From Monocercomonoides exilis PA203 (Eukaryota; Protista; Preaxostyla), in assembly GCA_001643675.2 (NCBI GenBank), contig LSRY02000038.1, positions 62,001 to 126,000 of the forward strand: DNA of 64,000 nucleotides, in the 5' to 3' direction. Below, one piece after another: positions 1 through 12,479 of the stretch. The notes under the pieces are model-generated. The model was not told the origin of the DNA, searched no databases, and worked only from the letters and a program-made list of their open reading frames with translations. The position numbers and the translations under genes were made by a program. How positions within the stretch are numbered: the stretch's first letter is position 1; every line of letters starts with the position of its first letter.

Positions 1-785
1 CCAAGCAGACTGATAGGCAAGTTTTGTAAGATTTCTGTGGTTTTGCTGATGTTCGATGATTTCTGTAATTTTCTTCAAATATGCTTCTTTTTCAATTTCC
101 TATTGAACGCATTTAAATGGGAAAGAAATCATTAAATAAACAAAAACGAAGCGGCTTCAAACAGTATAAAAGCTAATGTTGCTCAACGCCAGCAATGCCA
201 TTTCCACTTCTGTTTGATTCTCCTCGCTTTCCTCTTTGACAGATGCAACTTTCAGGAGGCAAGGCACGCATACGCAAAGCATTTTCGAATTTATGCAACC
301 ATTCAGAAAAACAAAACATTCGCAAAGGTCAGAAAAAAGCTTTTCATTCTTTTCTTCTTTTTTTTCTTCATCAATAATCATCTTTTTAAATCTTTCACCT
401 AGCGAAGACGAATCAAAGCATAAATTCCAAACATTTTTCAGCACATTGCAATATCCAACATGCTTCAGCAGCAAAATTGCATTCTCCATTGACATTTTCT
501 TTTCTTCAATCATTTTGTTCATTTTGTTGAATATTTCTTCGTTGATAATGGATTTTAATTCTTCTATATTCATTTCTTCAATTAATCTATTCATTCCCTC
601 TATTTTCTGTTTCTGCTCTTCCTCATTGCAATCTTCAAGCTCAGAAAACAATTCTCAAAAATTAATTAATGAGGGAAAGCGCTGAACATTCAAAAAATAG
701 AAAATATGAACAAACTTGAAAACTTATCTGCAAGAGACGGCTCTTGAGCATCATCATTGGATTTGTCTTCATTACACATTTCCAT
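1..785 (-). CDS. Lineage-specific alpha-helical (ARM/HEAT-like) family protein, copy A; 3' part runs off the window edge
   Basis: ATG at 785 (MEMCNEDKSNDDAQEPSLADKFS). Intron 1 is GTTTG...TTTGAG; exon 2 is ORF 157..651 (QKQKIE, ENAILLLKHVGY, DLCEC, CVPCLLKVA, EVEMALLAL). Intron 2 is 100..162 (GTTTG...TAG). Exon 3 begins EIEKEAYLKKITEIIEHQQNHRNLTKLAYQSAW, homologous to the other copies. Confidence 0.85.
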
Positions 786-1699
786 TCTGTCTATTATTAG
801 CAAAGATCAATTTGCTGCAAAATTTCAAATGAAAAACAGAAAAACAAACAGAAAAACAAACATTGTTATTGATTGACACAACAAAGATAAAGTCCAAGCT
901 CAATTCCTTTGGCTAGTTGAAAAAAAATTATGTAAAAAAAGAAATCGCAAAGAAGCTGCAATGTTTGTCGTATTTTGTCAAATACGAAAGAGTTTTATTT
1001 CGATCTGATCGAACCAACAATAATTTATGCCTAAGATCTGGATTGAATTTCGATGAAATTTTTGAACATATTGGGATATGTACCACATATAGTCGACATT
1101 AAATATCAAATTTTTTCTATTTTAATACTCTGAGTGGAACAAAGAAGGGGAAATTTGGTGCTTTTTTGAACTTTTCGAAGAAGAGACAAAAAAGCAACAA
1201 TTTGCACATTAAACTGTGCATTTAAACGTTGTTGCAGATTAAAATTCAAACATAAATATTACACTTATTTCTCTCACATTTAGAGTTATCTGGAAGTTTT
1301 TGATCATCGAAATGATTTTTTCTGTTATTTCGGAGTGTTTACTAGTTTCTGTGCATATTTCAAATTTAATGTGCCTGAGTAAAGTTCTTGGATATCTGGA
1401 TAATTTTGTTATTAGTATTTTCTTGGGTGGGTCACTTTGGCTAAAGGAAGATTGATGGAGGGAATCAAGCTTTCATCAATTAACATTTTGTTGATGTTTG
1501 GGCGAATGATTACTAAACGCCTTTGGGGCCTAATCAAGGCAACAATGGACGGCATTGTTAATTGTGCATTGAAAGTGGTTCTATTCCAAAATGCTTTGAT
1601 GCAAATTGAAGATGAAATAACTCGAAAAGGCGAAGGAAGATTGATGCAATATTGGAATCAAATTTCAATGAAAGTTTTCAAGTTCATTTCAATACATCA

Positions 1700-2183
1700 A
1701 TCGATGAATGGTGTTACCGCTGATGTGTATTTTTCCGAAAAGGCGCTTTCTGCGTTTTTTGGAAAATCATCATTTTGGGTTGTTTTGATGGCTGTTGTTG
1801 ATTCACCGTTTTCGGCGTGGATTTCGAGGTAAAGGCGGTAACAATACGTGCGATACTGGAACGAATCTGACAAGACAGAACAGACTGCGATTGAGGTATT
1901 TGATGAAATTGAGGTGTGTTATCCAATTCATGAAACATTTACACAATTTTTATTAAAATAAGAAAGAAAGAAATCATGAAAAATTAAAATAATTCATACT
2001 TTCTCTGCAATTTTATTTCTAATTTTTTCCTTTCTCTTTTAGTGTTGCACGGATGTTCTTTTGACTTTTGCTAATAAAAAATAAATTGCTGGGAAGAAAT
2101 GATAATAGACAAACTTCTTCAGTCAGAGAGGCGAGAAGACGAGTTTTCTTATGAATAGGTATTGTCTCATTTTTGAATTGCAT
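1700..2183 (-). pseudogene. Possible decayed multi-exon gene of unknown function
   Basis: ATG at 2183 (MQFKNETIPIHKKTRLLASLTEE), then a GTTTG...TAG intron and a second short exon. The second intron lacks an AG acceptor and the downstream frame has stops. Confidence 0.3.
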
Positions 2184-2544
2184 TATATCGTTGGATTTCT
2201 TATTTTTCTTTTTCTTTTTCTTTTTTTAATTAACTGACTTTTGCAAATTTTTTTTAGTTTTTTCACTCAAAACTAATTCTTGAAACAAATCCTCATCAAT
2301 TCCATTCACGAAAGCTTCCAGTTACTTGTGAAAGCACTCACACACAATTTATTTATTTCCCTGAACTTCTGGCAGCCTCTTCATTTGAAGGAATCTTTTC
2401 CTCCTTTCCTTCAACCAGCACAGTCTAGTCGCTTGAATAACGTTAAATAACATTCGATTGATGTTGAAAAGCTTTTGGATGAAGAAAAGTAACATTAAGC
2501 AGAATGGAATGACTGCTTCAGTGAGGAGAGCTTGCTGACAGATG

Positions 2545-3240
2545 CGAAGAGGAAAGAAGGAGAAGGAGAAGGAGAAGATGGGAAAGAAGGGAAGAAAGAG
2601 AAGAAAGGGAAGAGAAAGGGAAGAAAGAGAAAGAAGAAGAAGAAGGAGAAGGAGAAGGAGAAGGAGAAGAGGAAGAGAAAGAAGAAGAATAAGAAGAAGG
2701 TGAAGAAGAAGAAGAAGGAGGAGGAGGAGGAGGAGGAGGAGGAGGAGGAGAAGAAGAAGAAGAAGAAGAAGAAGAAGAAGAAGATAAAGCAGAACTATTT
2801 CTCCGATGCCGATGATGATGCTGAGGTTCATTCATTTGTCTTTCTCTTTTCTCCGAAGTTGAATGTTTTGACATGCCTTTTTTGAATACTATGAAATTTC
2901 TTCTTCTTTCTCTCCTCCTCCTCCTCCTCCTCTTTCATCTTCTTCTAACACTTCATCAATATTTCTTTCCTCTTCCTTCTTTTCTCTTTCTCTTTTTATT
3001 TCTCTTTCTCTTTCTCTTTCTTTTTCTCTTTCTCTTTCTCTTTCTCCCCTTTTTCTTTTTCTTCTTTCTCCTTCTCTTCCTTCTCTTTCTCTTTCTCTTT
3101 CTCTTTCTCTTTCTCTTTCTCTTTCTCTTTCTCTTTCTCTTTCTCCTTCTCCTTCTCCTTCTCCTTCTCCTTCTTCTTTCTCTTCTTTCTCTTTCTCTTT
3201 TACTCTCTCTTTCTCTCTTTCTCTCTTTCTCTTTCTCTAC
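2545..3240. repeat. Compound microsatellite: purine tract (GAA/GAG)n followed by pyrimidine tract (CTCTTT/CTCCTT)n
   Basis: Directly visible: 2545-2790 is almost all A/G and 2900-3240 is almost all C/T. Confidence 0.9.
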
Positions 3241-3759
3241 ACATCTATTTGTGCGTGTGTATATATCTGTCGTCCGTCTGTGTCTGTGTGTGTTGATTAG
3301 ATGTATTGTTCAAGCACATGGCATCTTCTGACTCTTTTGTGAAGTTCCTGCCTTTTTGGCGCACTGGAAGTGAATGGGTGAATCAGTCAGACAGACAACA
3401 GATGAAATTTAACAGAGAAAATTAATGTTGCGAATGTTAGAGGTAATGATGTTGCAGAGAGTAGCTAATACAAAACAAAATACACAACCGCACAAGAAGA
3501 AAATAAAACTTACGTAATTATTCACAATTTTGTTATTTTTCAAAATTACGCTTTTCATTTTGATTCATAAATTATTTTTGGAATGACTAACAAATGATAT
3601 GATAAAAATATATTTTTTTTAAATTTTTCAGATAAAAAAAACCATCTTCAAAAAAATATTATTCTATTATGATCGAATACATAATATATTCTGAAAACAT
3701 CATTTTCCAACAATTTTAATTTTCTCGGCTTCTGTTGCAGATAGAATTCATTAATTGAA

Positions 3760-4688
3760 ATGTCTGGGGATAATAAACAACATATCCACTATAGTCTTAG
3801 TTTACAGCGATTTGCATTGAAAAAGGACGCGATCGGAAGAACGAAAGCAATGAGATGGATTTCTGAGAAGAAATCAGTTCCATCATGGGAAATAAGACAT
3901 GAAGCTTCGATCTCGGATTATGACGGATGCACAATGGCGATGCTGTGGATTATAAATGTGAAGACAGAACCACCAAAGTGGATGAGGCACGATATGACAC
4001 TGAAAGATAAGTACGGATGGACGATGGCTATGTTCTGGATTGCGCTTGTGAAGACAGAGCCACCAAGATGGATGAGGCACAGTAATATTCTTGCAGATAT
4101 TCTTGGAAAAACAATGGCCATGTTGTGGATTGAGAAAGTGAAAACAGAACCACCAGAATGGATGAGACACGATATTACGATTAATGACAAGGAAGGGAGA
4201 ACAATGGCCATGCTATGGATTGCGAATATGAAGACAGAACCACCAGAATGGATGAGGCATAGCAACGAATTTGGTAATAAGGAAGGGAAAACAACAGCGA
4301 TTCTGTGAATAGATAATGTTCGAGCAAAACCTCCATTGTGGATGTTAGTGGATAACGCGGAAGGCAACAAGGATGGAGGACACTTGCGATGAAGTGGATT
4401 TCTGAGAAAAAGACAAAGCCGCCTGAGTGGATGAAGCATGAAATTACAATTACAGATAAAAACGGATGAACAATGGCTATGTATTGGATTTTCTTTATCA
4501 ATACGAAACCACCTGAATGGATGAGGCACAACAATAAATTTAAAGATAAGGATGAGAAAACGATTGCAGATTATTGGAAAATATATGTTGGAAGTGAAGC
4601 ACCAGAGTGGATGAAGTGTGACGAATCAGTTGCCTCAATAAAATTGATAATGAAGCCAATGATACAGCAGATGACGATGAAGAAATGA
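3760..4688 (+). pseudogene. Intronless 30-aa tandem-repeat protein (ankyrin-like DxxGxTxAMxWI...KTEPPxWMRH), disrupted
   Basis: About 9 repeat units across ORFs 3760..4308 and 4473..4688. There is TGA at the conserved Trp position (4306), a second TGA at ~4467 where another unit has Trp, and a 1-nt frameshift near 4378. Confidence 0.75.
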
Positions 4689-5559
4689 TAGAGACAAAGA
4701 ATTTGATCATTGAAATATTACAGAAGCATCAAAGCAGAACTGGAAAGAAAATACACTTAACGATGAGGATAGAATAGGGAGGGAATAATGAGAGTTATTG
4801 AATGAAATGAGATCAATTGCTATCACCAATGAAAAGATGCATTGCAGTTAAACATTGATGCGAAATGGTGAGCGTTGAAGTTGTTGCGCCAGAAATGGAA
4901 GAAGACTGATAATTCCGCAAGAGTGATTGAATCATTTGCATTGAAGATATTATTTGTGAAACATTAAACAAACGAACCAACAAATTTGCATGTGTGTAAA
5001 TAAAGGCTGTTTAGCAACATTTCTTAATTCATGGCATATCTTTCTTTCCTTCTCTGAAGCTGGTTTTGCTCTATTGGCAGATGGTTGGACATGCTTCAAA
5101 GATATCTCATTTTGATCTCCTTTCGATTTGCTTTCGATTGTTTTTTCATTTCAGCAGAACAATTGAAGCTGTTCATTTCAAAGTTTTTATTTTTGCTTAT
5201 TTTACAAAATAATTCACCAATTTTTGCTTGATTCTTTTTATCATCAAAGATAAACCCAATTAGCATTTCTTTTTTTCTTTTTTTTCTATTGCAAATGTGA
5301 CTGAAAATGAAATGAGCATTTTTGTGATTCGGAGGAAAGAGAGCTGATGTTATTGATAATTGTGCTTTGAACACTGGCAGTTTCATTCTCATTTTCATCT
5401 TGCTGTTGTCTTTTGGTTGACAATTGATTCATGTTTATTTGTTTTGAAGCTTTGAAAAATTGTCTTTTCACAAAAAATATGGGTTAATTGTTTTCTATTT
5501 TGTGAAATGATGAAAAATGAAAATCCTAACTTTTGAGAAACAAAATACAATGAATTTTC

Positions 5560-7000
5560 TCAAACATCCACACGAAAATCAGAAATATTCAACAGCGCTT
5601 CGTCATTATATTTTTTGCACAGAAAATCAAATATTTCATGAAAGTTTGTGATGATATCTTCGTATCCTTCTTCTTCCATCTTTTCAAAAACCTTCCTTTT
5701 CGTTGCCTTCCTTTCCTCTTCTTCCTTTTCATCTACCTTCTTTTCTTTCAATTTCCTTGAAATATTCGTGAAGAATTGTAAGCATTCATTTGTCACTCCT
5801 TCATTAAATGTTTGTCTCTGCATCCCCTCCAAAAAAACATCAACTGCTCCTCCTTTTAACAAGTCCTCAACCCTCACATCTCTATTTTCTGCTGCAATTT
5901 CCAATATATGAATGCATCGACTGCTTATTTTTTCGTAATTGTCCCTTGATATTTGACATACCTGAACAATGCTGCTAAAAAGCTCAATATATTCTTCATT
6001 CCTTAATCCGCAGAAGCGAAAGAAAAACTCAAATATTTGCAGCCATCTTGTAATCGCAAGCTCTTCTTTAATAGCTTTTCTTTTTCTCTCTCCTTCTTTT
6101 TTCTTCCAATCCACACATCTTGTCAGCTCTTCTAATTCTCTTGCTGCTTCTCTCTTCAAATGCAGCTTATTCACAACAACACTTTCCAAACTCATATTAT
6201 AGAACAATCTGTGAATCAAAAATTGCATTGCAGACTGATAAGCAAGTCGTGTCAAGTTGCGATGCTCCTGGTGATATTTGATGATCTCTCTGATTTCATT
6301 CAAATACAGTTTTTGTTCAACATACTAAAAATAAAAACGATAAAGAAATTAATAAATCCACTAAAATGATATAATTTCTTACTGCAAAATAGCTAATATT
6401 GCGCAAAGCCAATAATGTCATTTCCACTTCTTTCTGAGTCTCCTTGTTTTCCTCTTTCTTCAACGCAATTTTCAGGAGACAAGGCACACAAATCGAAAGT
6501 AATTCGGGTGGGAAACCAGATCTTAGAGAAATATAGCATTCACAAAGATCAGCAAGAAGCTTTTTGTTCTTTTCTTCTTTTTTCTTCTCATTTTCTTCAA
6601 ATATCATCTCTTCAAATCTTTCGTTCAACGAAGATTCTTCAAAAGAGAGGTTCCATATATTTTTCAGTGCTCTGCAATATCCAATATGCTTCAGCAATAA
6701 GCATGAATTTTCCATTGATATTTTCTTTTCTTCAATCATTACATCGATTTTGTTGAAGGGTTCTTCTGTGAAAATTGATTCAAATTCTTTTTGGTGCATT
6801 TTATCAATTAATTCATTCATTTCTTCAATTTTCTGTTTCTGTTCTGCTTCAGTGAATTGTTCCAATTGTGAAAGTTTCTCTAAAAAAGGTTTAAAAATCA
6901 AAAGAGAAAAAAGAAGCATTTATTTTTAAAACCAACAATTTCTTATAACATTTTGCAAACTAAGAAATATTTGTCTTTTTGAAGGTGACTGTGGAATCGC
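5560..7000 (-). CDS. Alpha-helical family protein, copy B (start codon unclear)
   Basis: Exons match ORFs 6317..6919 and 5560..6303 with family motifs (YHQEHRNLTRLAYQSA, REAARELEEL, EDLLKGGAV, EEEGYED). Exon 1 (~6961-7000) has no obvious in-frame ATG. Confidence 0.8.
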
Positions 7001-8739
7001 AAAATGATTTCAAAACAAATTAATAAATTCGTTTTCGAAATATTCGTTGAATATTCGAATCAAAATAATTTGAAAAAACCAAATCAAATTTTTTAAAATA
7101 ATATAGGATCGAAACCTCTTTTGCCATCAATGATTTTTGCCTCAAAGAAAGAAAATCAATTAAACAAAATAATCTTGTTTTTTAGCAAATAAATAAGGGT
7201 TCACAACCTATAATTTTATAAATGAAGTATTTTTATTGGTGATTGTCTGAAATAAGGGCATGTTTGAGATGCTTGTGCGCACGACCACAGATGCGCCCAC
7301 GCGAGCTATAGCACTGCAGAAGAACAGGTTCTTTTCTTGCAGACGGAGGAGCGGGTGGCTGTTTGCGTCGATTGTTTGCGGAAAGTGAATTGGTGGAGAA
7401 AACCAGCATGAAATTTAAACTTGGTAATAAATTACAAAACATATAGCATAACGCTGGCTGTGATAATTTGAATGAAAAATAGCTTTAGGAAGATGCTTAA
7501 AAAAGTGAGGGAAATGTTAGAAAAGTTGAAATGAACAGCTTGTTCATTTCGAGGGAAGTGCAGCGTACTTGGCATATCATTTGAGCAGGATTTGTTCTAC
7601 ATGGTTTTTGGGGGGAAGATTTTATTTGTGGAAAAGGAAAGGGAATTGGGGATTGGACAATGAAGGAAGCGAGCAAAGCGAAACACTCAGCATGCCTTAA
7701 CAACAAACGCATTTGCATTTTGCGCGAAGCAAGTTGAAAAGCTATCAACAAAGACATGGCGTTGAATTGGGTTTTGAAAAGGAGTTTATTTGGAGAATAT
7801 GTGTTTTCATCAGATATCACAGTCAACTTCACAATGGATTCTAAGAACAAGAAAACCAGTTTGGCAGACAATTACCAATCCATTGGAGATGAGAAAATAA
7901 TTCAAGACCAAAAAGATGGTTTGATTTTTTTTTATTGCATTCATGTTTCTTTTAAGGTGTTCTTTCAATGAATACAAATTGATCATGCACAGAAATACCA
8001 CAACGAGAGAGAAGCCATTTTATCCTTTTTCAAAAGATTCAGAAGTTTTGAGATTAAAATTGTTTGCATTGCATTCAACGATGATATTCGTGACTTCTGC
8101 CATCTGTTTTGCATGCTGTATAACATAAAAATGCTTAACATGAGCTTGAAAGAGAAAAGCAGTTTCTTTGGCATATTTGTTGAGGGTATTTGGCAGAAAC
8201 GACTCGTTTATCGAGGCAAATGATCTGGCAGGGCATTCGCGTATTGAACACATTCAGTTTTTTCTATTGAACAACCTGACTTTGAAAAGCTGATATTTTT
8301 TATTTTTCTTCATTTTCTTCGCCTTTCTTATCTTTCTCAACAGTCTCACTTCAATAAAAGATGTTCAACTACAGAATCGACACACCAATCACATTATCAT
8401 AAAATTCTTCTTTCACTTTTCCTTGTCTTTGAAAATTTTTCAATTGACGTCAACTTCTTCAATCGTCGACGCCTTCTTCGATTTCGAATTCTTCTCTGCC
8501 AATATCCTCATCATACATGAAGTTCATTTGAATTATTATCTCCAACGGACAAACATAATTTTCTTTTTCTGAGGGAAAAGCAGTTCAACCACACAAAGGC
8601 AGTCAATTATTTGTGGACTTCCATGTTCATCTGTTTGAATCTCTCTCTCTTTCACATATTTTGTGATAAAGATTGTTTATTTCATCTGAAATCAACTCAG
8701 CGAATGAAATATTTTTGTCAATCGGATCACTCAAGTCAT

Positions 8740-8802
8740 CATCATCACCTTCTTCTTCTTCTTCTTCTTCTTCTTCTTCTTCTTCTTCTTCTTCTTCTTC
8801 TT
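8740..8802. repeat. (CTT)n microsatellite
   Basis: About 17 perfect CTT units preceded by (CAT)n. Confidence 0.9.
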
Positions 8803-9049
8803 TGTTTATTTGACATGTTTCATGACATTATGATTTGACATGTCTGTTTTCAACCGAGTTGCGGAATTATCTTCAAAAAATATTGAACGGACATGAACGG
8901 GGGAATTTATTTTCGGTGATTTTTTATTTTTTTGAAATGTTTGAAGAAGAAGAAGAAGAAAAGTTTTGGTCTTTTGGTTCTTCGCGAAAGGAAGATGAGG
9001 AAGAAGATGAAAATGTGTTTGAAAGGAAAGGAAAAACTCAACATGCAGA

Positions 9050-9145
9050 AGAAGAGAAAGAAGAAAGAAGAAAGAAGAAAGAAGAAAGAAGAAAGAAGAA
9101 AGAAGAAAGAAGAAAGAAGAAAGAAGAAAGAAAAAGAAAAAGAAT
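9050..9145. repeat. (AAGAAAG)n purine tandem repeat
   Basis: 7-bp unit repeated about 11 times immediately 3' of copy C. Confidence 0.85.
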
Positions 9146-9184
9146 TGATTTTCTGTGTAACTTTATTCACAGCACTCCATTTTC

Positions 9185-10621
9185 TCAAATATTAACAGAA
9201 TAATCCGAGATATTCAACGATAATTCGTCTCCATAAAAATATTTTCTTTTTAGTGTATTCAATCTTTCATGAAGGCTGATGATTATCTCTTCGTATCCTT
9301 CTTCTTCTATCTTTTCAAGCACCTTCCTTTTCAACTCTTTTCTTTTCGCTTCTTCCATTTCATTGTACGTTTTTTCTTTCAACCGCCTTGAAATATTCTC
9401 AAAAAATGTCAAGCTATGGTGTGTTATTTCGTCAATCAATGTTGGCTTCCGAATATCCTCCAAAACGCAACCGACAGCTCCACTTTTCAGCAAGTCATCA
9501 ACTGGTACAAATCCGTTACCTGCGGCATTTCTCAAGGAAAAAACTCACCAGTATCTAATTTCTTCGTAATTATCCTTCGCTGTTCGATATATCTGAACAA
9601 CGCTTCCTATCAGCTCAACATATTCTTCATTCCACAATTTGCATGAGTCAAAATAGAACTTTATTGTTCTCATCCATCCCGTGATTACAAGAACTTCTTT
9701 TGTTTCTTTTCCTCTTTCATCTTCTTTTCTCGTCCAGTCAACATTTTTTCTCAGTTCTTCTAGTTCTCTTGCAGCCTCTTTCCCAAAATGCAGCTCATTC
9801 ACAATCACTTCTTCCAAACTTTCATCTCTGTGTAATCGGTTTATCAGAAACCTCCAAGCATATTGATAGGCCAGATGCGTAAGATTGTGATGCTCTTGAT
9901 GATATTTGATGATCTCTCTGATTTCATTTAAATACATGTTTCTTTCTATATTCTATTTGAAAACAAAAGAAAAAAGTTTCAAAAATGAAACAGAAGCGCT
10001 CATACATAATATTTAACAATGCTTAATGCAAGTAAATCCACTTCAACTTCTTCTTGAGCTTCTTCGCTTTCCTCTTTTTTCAACGCCACTTTCAGAAGGC
10101 AAGGCACACAAATTGAAATCATTTCAGACGAGAGGAGATAATTAAGTGAAATATAGCATTCGCAAAGATCAGCAAGAAGCTTTTCATTTTTCCCTTCTTT
10201 TTTCTGTTCTTCTTCAGAAATCATCTTCTTTAATCTTTCATTCAGCGAACATCCTTCAAAGAATCGGATATATATATATTCGAGTGCTTTGTAATATCCA
10301 ATATGCTTCAGCAATAAGCATGCATTTTCCATTGATATTTTCTTTTCTTCAATCATTTTGTTTATTTGATTGAAGAATTTAATGGAAAAAGCGGATCAAA
10401 ATTGCCCTTCATTCATTTTATCAATAACTTCATTCATTTCAATGATTTTCTGTTTCTGCTCATCTTCGCTGCAATGCTCCAGTTTTGAATATAATTCTTC
10501 AAAGAAAGAAATTCAATAGATAAGAATTAAAATGCAAAAATGGATGCAGACTATAGAACTTTTTTGTGGCGCCAGTTGCCTGCATTTTTGAAAATATATT
10601 GCAGCCGGAAAACAGTAACAT
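9185..10621 (-). pseudogene. Alpha-helical family copy C with premature stops
   Basis: ATG at 10621 (MLLFSGCNIFSKMQATGATKKFY) with the family exon structure. In-frame TGA at 10396-10398 and at 9545-9547 (a conserved Cys position); the frame continues to the family C-terminus DYSVNI-TGA at 9185. Confidence 0.8.
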
Positions 10622-11921
10622 TTTTCACATTCAAATTGATAGTTCGTATATGTTTGGATTGAAGAAGTTAATGAAAAACAAATACTAAAAATATTTATAA
10701 AATATATTCTTCCACACTTTTTTGCGTTTTATTGACATTTTTAACAAAGGATAATGAGTGGAAACAATAAAAAATAATTAATCTTTATTTGTAATGGACT
10801 AAATGATCATTAGATTTGAAAAAACGGAATTATCCATTCACTGATTGAGAATTCCGTGAGTGAACAAAACATGTAGGACTTGGAATATTATTTCTTGAGG
10901 AGATAACAAGAAACGAGGCAATGCAATATTTTTGAAATTCTGCCTGATGATTTTTGTCAATTGGATGGCCAAAAGGGATACAACAATTTCATCAATTACA
11001 CAAAAAGACGTAATGTATGTAATTTTTATTGTTCTATTGTTTGTGAAGATATTTCCGTCTGTATCCTCTCCAAAGTATAGGAATGTGAGTTATTGTTGAA
11101 ATGGTCAATCTCTGCTTTGTGGAGCAATTCGATGAGAATGGAGCTGATTATTATATAGCCATTTGGAAATAAATGGAGTTACGCAATATACATGAATTTC
11201 ATAATTTTTATTTGGTGCAAGAGATGAAAACAAATTCAACTGATGTTTTATTGAATGAAAACAAGAAGATGGAGTTCAATGAAAAAGATGGATTTTTAAA
11301 AGTTATATAGAATTTAGTAACACATGGCAATGGAACAGTTTGTGGTATTTTTGGGAATGGAAAGTGGCTAGAGATATCGAGAGAAGGACATTTATCACAT
11401 AAAAGGAATGGAAATATTGCAATAAAAAAAAGGAGAACTCCGAAATATCTGTTTTATATATTAGGTTTTCCTGTTTCTCGGACTGCGCTAGGCAGACATG
11501 GAAAAAGACGAATTTCTATTTTTGATTCCGCTTTTGCTTCAAAAGAGTGGAGAAACGCCAACTACGAGACATCCAATTATCAAATATTTATTGGCAGTCG
11601 AACAACATTCTGCCCAACTGCAACTGGATTTTACTGCTGAAAGATCTTGTAATTTTTGCAAACAGCAAACTTTGCATTGACAATTTGGTGTTTCTGTTTG
11701 TGCAGTACGCATATGGTTGTCAAACACATCTTCTCTTTCAATTCCTCCTCCTCCTCTTCTTTTTGAATATCTGCATCTTCTCTGTTATATACTCATCTCT
11801 TCAATTGCAATCTTGAACTGAACAACTTGGCGAATTAGATACCTCCTTTCTTTTCATTTGCAACTGCTGCATGCGATCAGAGCACGTTCAGCATGTTTCT
11901 CTTCTGTCATCGCTCCTCATT

Positions 11922-12014
11922 CATCCTTCCTTCTCCCTTCCTTCTCCCTTCCTTCTCCCTTCCTTCTCCCTTCCTTCTCCCTTCCTTCTCCCTTCCTTCT
12001 CCCTTCCTTCTCTC
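11922..12014. repeat. 11-bp pyrimidine minisatellite (CCTTCTCCCTT)n
   Basis: About 8 near-perfect units visible. Confidence 0.85.
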
Positions 12015-12479
12015 ATTTTTCCGCTCATTGATTGAATGTTCTTCCACTTTATATTCTAACAGCTTTCCTCGATGCAGCTGTTTCCTCTTCGTTTTGCAAG
12101 TGTTTTAACAGGCAAAGAATTGTCGGAGCTTATTGAGAAGAGTGAGAGGAGTGAGAAGGGTGAATGAGAGAGAGAGGGAGGGAGGGAGGGAAAAGAATGA
12201 AGGAAGGAAGTTGATCAGGGAGGTGGTCTTTGGATTTGATAATTAGGATGCTACCGTAGAAGAAGAGGAAGAGAAGAAAGAAAATTGAATCGATGATGAT
12301 TAATTTGTTTCAATTCAAAACGTTGGCTCTGAAGCATTCAAAGGCATGAATTAATATATTTTCAATATTTTTTTTAGTATTTTCTTTTGATTTTTATGTG
12401 AAATTATGCATCTTCTTTTTTTTTTTAGTCTTAATCGAAGCCCGCTGAATAGAGATATTTGCGCACACTTCCGCCTTTT

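Noticed and set aside
236-685. Antisense Ser/Phe-rich ORFs overlapping family genes (also 5648, 6564, 9279, 40845, 16154)
   Set aside because: Shadow frames of Glu/Lys-rich (or Ser-rich) sense coding sequence.
3820-4620. CRISPR-like array of repeated AAGACAGAACCACCAGAATGGATGAGGCAC
   Set aside because: The 90-nt period with codon-position variation shows a protein repeat; no cas genes, eukaryotic context.
9545-9547. TGA at a conserved Cys as selenocysteine
   Set aside because: The same copy has another TGA at a non-Cys site, and no SECIS-like hairpin is evident in the purine-repeat 3' region.
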